From: Candidatus Eiseniibacteriota bacterium
GTDB taxonomy: Bacteria > Eisenbacteria > RBG-16-71-46 > JABDJR01
NCBI GenBank assembly: GCA_963783375.1
Contig: CAWANH010000028.1
Span: 768,001 to 832,000 of the forward strand
Reading direction: 5' to 3'
Length of the DNA: 64,000 nucleotides
This document shows positions 60,674 to 64,000 of this stretch, one piece after another (the stretch's first letter is position 1; the number at the start of each line of letters is the position of its first letter). The translations under genes and the position numbers were made by a program. The notes under the pieces were generated by a model, which was not told the origin of the DNA, searched no databases, and worked only from the letters and a program-made list of their open reading frames with translations.

Positions 60674-61996
60674 TCAGTAGTAGGAGAGGTAGCGGTCCAG
60701 CTCCCAGGGATGCACGGTGGCCAGGAACTCGGTCCAGACCTGCCGCTTTCCCGCGATGTAGCTCTCGGCGAGGTGCGGCCCCAGGGCGTCCATGATGACC
60801 TTGTCCTTCTCCAGGGCGTCCAGCGCGTCGGAGAGGGTGGCCGGAAGCTCGTCGATCTTGAGCCGCCGCTTCTCCCTCTGGCTCATCTGGAACACGTTCT
60901 TGTTGACCGGCGGACCCGGATCCAGCTTCTGGGTGACCCCGTCCAGCCCGGCGGCCAGCATCACCGCGAAGGCCAGGTAGGGGTTGCACGAGGGATCGGG
61001 GAGCCGCACCTCGCAGCGCGTGCCGATTCCGCGCCGGGCGGGGATCCGCACCATGGGGCTCCGGTTCCGCTCCGACCAGGCCACGTTGGTGGGCGCCTCG
61101 TAGCCGGGCACCAGCCGCTTGTAGGAGTTCACGATGGGATTGGTGATGGCCACGAAGCCCTTGGCGTGGCGCAGGATCCCCCCGATGTAGTGCATGGCGA
61201 CCTTGGAGAGCTGGTACTCGGCCTTGGCGTCGAAGAAGGCGTTGGTCTTTCCCTTGAACAGCGACTGGTGGCAGTGCATGCCGCTGCCGTTCTGCCCGAA
61301 GATCGGCTTGGGCATGAAGGTCGCGTGCAGGCCGTGCTCCCGGGCCACGTGCCGCACCAGGAAGCGGAAGGTGGCCACGTTGTCCGCGGTTCCTACCGCG
61401 TCGCCGTAGCGGAAGTCGATCTCGTGCTGGCCGTGGGCCACCTCGTGGTGGGCGGCCTCGACCTCGAAGCCCATCGCCTCCAGCGCCATCACCACGTCGC
61501 GCCGGCACTCCTCGCCCTTGTCCACCGGGGCGAGGTCGAAGTAGGCCCCCACGTCGTGGGTGCGGACCGAGGGCGCGCCCTCGGGGTCGAGGTGGAAGAG
61601 GAAGAACTCGACCTCGGGCCCCACCATGAGCTCGTAGCCCAGCTTCTTGGCCCGGGCCACCTGGCGCTTCAGGCAGGTGCGCGGATCGCCGTCGAAATCG
61701 CTTCCGTCCGGCTGCTTCACGTCGCAGACCAGGCGGGCCACCTTCCCCTGCTCGCCGTTGAAGGGGAAGACCCGGAAGGTGTCGAGGTCGGGATGGAGGA
61801 GCATGTCGGACTCCTCGATCCGGGTGAACCCCTCGATCGAGGACCCGTCGAACATGATCTCGCCGTCCAGGGCCTTCGCGAACTGGCTCGAGGGGACCTC
61901 CACGTTCTTGTTGGCGCCGTGGATGTCGGTGAACTGGAGGCGCATGAAGCGCACTCCCTCCGCCTTGCAGATCTTCTGGATCTCGGCCTTGGTCAA
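60674..61996 (-). CDS. glnA: Glutamine synthetase type I (GSI-alpha-like)
   Basis: MFDGSSIEGF, GPEVEFF, HHEVAHGQHEI, FMPKPIFGQNGSGMH, RLVPGYEAP, PDPSCNPYL; TTG start after AAGGAG. Confidence 0.97.
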   Translation of the reverse strand: MTKAEIQKICKAEGVRFMRLQFTDIHGANKNVEVPSSQFAKALDGEIMFDGSSIEGFTRIEESDMLLHPDLDTFRVFPFNGEQGKVARLVCDVKQPDGSDFDGDPRTCLKRQVARAKKLGYELMVGPEVEFFLFHLDPEGAPSVRTHDVGAYFDLAPVDKGEECRRDVVMALEAMGFEVEAAHHEVAHGQHEIDFRYGDAVGTADNVATFRFLVRHVAREHGLHATFMPKPIFGQNGSGMHCHQSLFKGKTNAFFDAKAEYQLSKVAMHYIGGILRHAKGFVAITNPIVNSYKRLVPGYEAPTNVAWSERNRSPMVRIPARRGIGTRCEVRLPDPSCNPYLAFAVMLAAGLDGVTQKLDPGPPVNKNVFQMSQREKRRLKIDELPATLSDALDALEKDKVIMDALGPHLAESYIAGKRQVWTEFLATVHPWELDRYLSYY

Positions 61997-62236
61997 CGGA
62001 CACGCTCCTTGTGGTGGCTTGCCGGCCCGGCGACCCCCCCGCGGGAGGCGCGGCCGGAAAAACATGCCGGAGAGCGTACCGCCGATCGGAAGTCCGACGC
62101 AATCAGAATATTGACGATTCTGCAAATTTCTTGAGTCACCCAGATCGATTTGGCCTAAAATGAGTCCTTCTGCCTCTGAAATCGTGCAAATCGCGCGCTT
62201 CATGGTGGACACCGGCTATCACCTCGGAGGCCCGGC

Positions 62237-62731
62237 ATGCCCCTGGAAATGACCCCCCTGGCTCCGGCCGACTGGCCGGAAGCGGCGGCGATCTACCGGG
62301 AGGGGATCGCCACCGGCCAGGCCACCTTCGAAACCGGGGTCCCGCCCTGGCAGGATTTCGACGCCCGGCACCTGGCCGTCCCCCGCCTCGCCGCCCGTCT
62401 GGACGGACGTCTCGCCGGATGGGCCGCCCTCTCCCCGGTCTCGGCCCGCCCGGTCTACGCGGGGGTGGCCGAGGTGAGCGTTTACGTGGGGGCGCCCTAC
62501 CGCCGCCGGGGCGTGGGCTCCGCCCTCCTCGCCGCCCTCGTCGAGGCCTCCGAGCAGGCGGGCATCTGGACGCTTCAGGCCGGCATCTTCCCGGAGAACG
62601 CGGCCAGCCTCGCCCTTCACGCCCGCCACGGCTTCCGCCGGGTGGGGATTCGCGAGCGCCTGGGGCGTCTGGACGGCCGCTGGCGGGACGTGGTCCTCTT
62701 GGAGCGGAGGAGCCGGGCCGCGGGGACCTGA
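62237..62731 (+). CDS. GNAT, phosphinothricin/methionine-sulfoximine N-acetyltransferase family
   Basis: IYREGIATGQATFE, SARPVYAGVAEVSVYV, GIFPENAASLALH, WRDVVLLERRS. Confidence 0.9.
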   Translation: MPLEMTPLAPADWPEAAAIYREGIATGQATFETGVPPWQDFDARHLAVPRLAARLDGRLAGWAALSPVSARPVYAGVAEVSVYVGAPYRRRGVGSALLAALVEASEQAGIWTLQAGIFPENAASLALHARHGFRRVGIRERLGRLDGRWRDVVLLERRSRAAGT

Positions 62732-62771
62732 CCGGGTCCGCCCTCGGCCGGAGGGTACGGGAGAGAACGTC

Positions 62772-63368
62772 ATGACCCTCAATCGCACGGTTCGATTCTT
62801 CGACCGGCAGTTCCAGAAGCAGACCGCGGAGGGCGGGTCCGTCCTGAATCCCTTCGAGGAGCTGGCCCTCCCCTACCTGCGGGGGCGGGTACTCGACCTG
62901 GGGTGCGGCCTGGGGAACCTGAGCCTCGAGGCGGCGCGCCGGGGCTCGACGGTCCTGGCGCTCGACCTCAGCCCCACCGCGGTGGCCCACGTCCGCGCGC
63001 GCGCGACCGGGCTGCGGTTGCCGATCCAGGCCGAGGAAGCGGATCTGGCCGCCTATCGGATCGACGCGGCGTACGACACGGTGATCGCCGTCGGCCTGCT
63101 CATGTTCCTTCCCCGGAGCCGGGCGACCGCGCTCCTGGAGGACATCCGGGCCCACGTGAACCCGGGGGGCGCGGCCGTCGTGAACGTGATGACCGTGGGG
63201 ACGACGTATCTGGAGATGTTCGAACCGGGGCACCACACCCTCTTCGGGGAGAACGAGCTCGAGGAGAGCTTTTCCGGGTGGGACGTTCTGGAATCCCGGC
63301 CGCACCGGTTCGACGCCCCGGGCTCCACGATCAAGCAGTTTGCCACCGTGGTGGCCCGGAAGCGCTGA
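62772..63368 (+). CDS. Class I SAM-dependent methyltransferase (TehB-like)
   Basis: VLDLGCGLGNLS, LDLSPTAV, VNPGG. Confidence 0.88.
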   Translation: MTLNRTVRFFDRQFQKQTAEGGSVLNPFEELALPYLRGRVLDLGCGLGNLSLEAARRGSTVLALDLSPTAVAHVRARATGLRLPIQAEEADLAAYRIDAAYDTVIAVGLLMFLPRSRATALLEDIRAHVNPGGAAVVNVMTVGTTYLEMFEPGHHTLFGENELEESFSGWDVLESRPHRFDAPGSTIKQFATVVARKR

Positions 63369-63429
63369 GCGAAACCGGGCGCCCGCGCCGATGCCGGCCC
63401 CGTGCTACCCTCCCCCGCCGGGAGGCGCC

Positions 63430-64000
63430 GTGGAACCGTTCTTTACCCTCGAAGACGTGACCGTTCACCGCACCACGCGGGAGGGCAACGGTCGCGACAT
63501 CCTGTGCGGGATCACCCTCAGCGTTCCCGCGGGGGGGTGCTGGGCGGTGGTGGGACGTTCCGGAGCCGGGAAGTCCACGCTCCTCCGGGTGTTGAATCGC
63601 TTCGAGGAGCCGAGCCGGGGGCGCGTACTGGTGGAGGGCGTTCCCCTGGAGAGCTTTCACCCCGCCCGGCTCCGGCGCGACGTCGCCCTGGTCTTCCAGG
63701 AGCCGGTCTGGCTCCCCGGGACCGTCCGCGAAAACCTCCTGACCTCGGCCGCCCTGGGGCACATCTCCCGGGAGGAGGCGGAATCGCGCCTGGACGGCGT
63801 GCTTCAGGCTTCGGGCCTGGACCGGGCGCTCCTCGACCGCGCCGAGGACGAGCTGAGCGTCGGCCAGCGCCAGCGGGTGGTGCTGGGGCGCGCGCTCATG
63901 GGCCGGCCCCGGGCCCTGCTGCTGGATGAGCCCACGTCCGCGCTGGACCCTCCCGGCGCCCGCGCCCTCCTGGAGCAGATCCGCTCGCTCACCGAGGCCC
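63430..64000 (+). CDS. ABC transporter ATP-binding protein (3' truncated by the window)
   Basis: Not in the ORF track. From GTG 63430: GRSGAGKSTLLRVLNRF (Walker A), LVFQEP, LSVGQRQRV, LLLDEPTSALD. Confidence 0.92.
   Translation, partial: MEPFFTLEDVTVHRTTREGNGRDILCGITLSVPAGGCWAVVGRSGAGKSTLLRVLNRFEEPSRGRVLVEGVPLESFHPARLRRDVALVFQEPVWLPGTVRENLLTSAALGHISREEAESRLDGVLQASGLDRALLDRAEDELSVGQRQRVVLGRALMGRPRALLLDEPTSALDPPGARALLEQIRSLTEA

Noticed and set aside
62055-62195. sigma54 promoter and NtrC/GlnR sites upstream of glnA (CCGGCATGTTTTTCC; TGCACGATTTCAGAGGCA)
   Set aside because: The -12 GC is missing and dyad spacing/identity do not fit the consensus well enough

Overview
This is a GC-rich bacterial chromosomal segment spanning the replication origin. 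The left arm (minus strand) runs rpmH-rnpA-yidD-yidC-jag-mnmE-mnmG-rsmG-[two parS sites]-parA-parB. The right arm runs dnaA-[oriC with DnaA boxes and DnaA-trios]-dnaN-DUF721/dciA-gyrB-(two inserted genes)-gyrA-rex. The remaining ~44 kb holds mixed housekeeping and accessory genes: transporters, a BlaI/BlaR1-type pair, queE/queD, two RND efflux systems, an ECF sigma/anti-sigma/Spy cluster, a cupin-aminotransferase-KamA operon, msrP, glnA and GNATs. TolC, Tat and lipoprotein signals indicate a diderm; an FCB-associated candidate phylum is only a guess. The main signals missed by the ORF track are: (1) a ~310-nt ORF-less minus-strand unit (46054->45746) with a sigma54 promoter, IHF site, tandem upstream dyads, internal hairpins, anti-Shine-Dalgarno CU-rich tracts and an intrinsic terminator, i.e. 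a candidate new sigma54-dependent sRNA; (2) a selenoprotein gene (C-G-UGA plus a SECIS-like hairpin) fusing a UshA-like domain to a tetraheme cytochrome c, interrupted by a 1-nt frameshift, next to an msrP lacking msrQ; (3) a membrane-anchored MerB-like protein lacking the catalytic cysteines; (4) a 58-aa ORF paired with a nucleotidyltransferase (TA-like); (5) a recurrent 25-bp AT-rich IHF-like dyad. No rRNA, tRNA, CRISPR array or transposase was recognised. All assignments come from motif recognition by eye; no searches were run.
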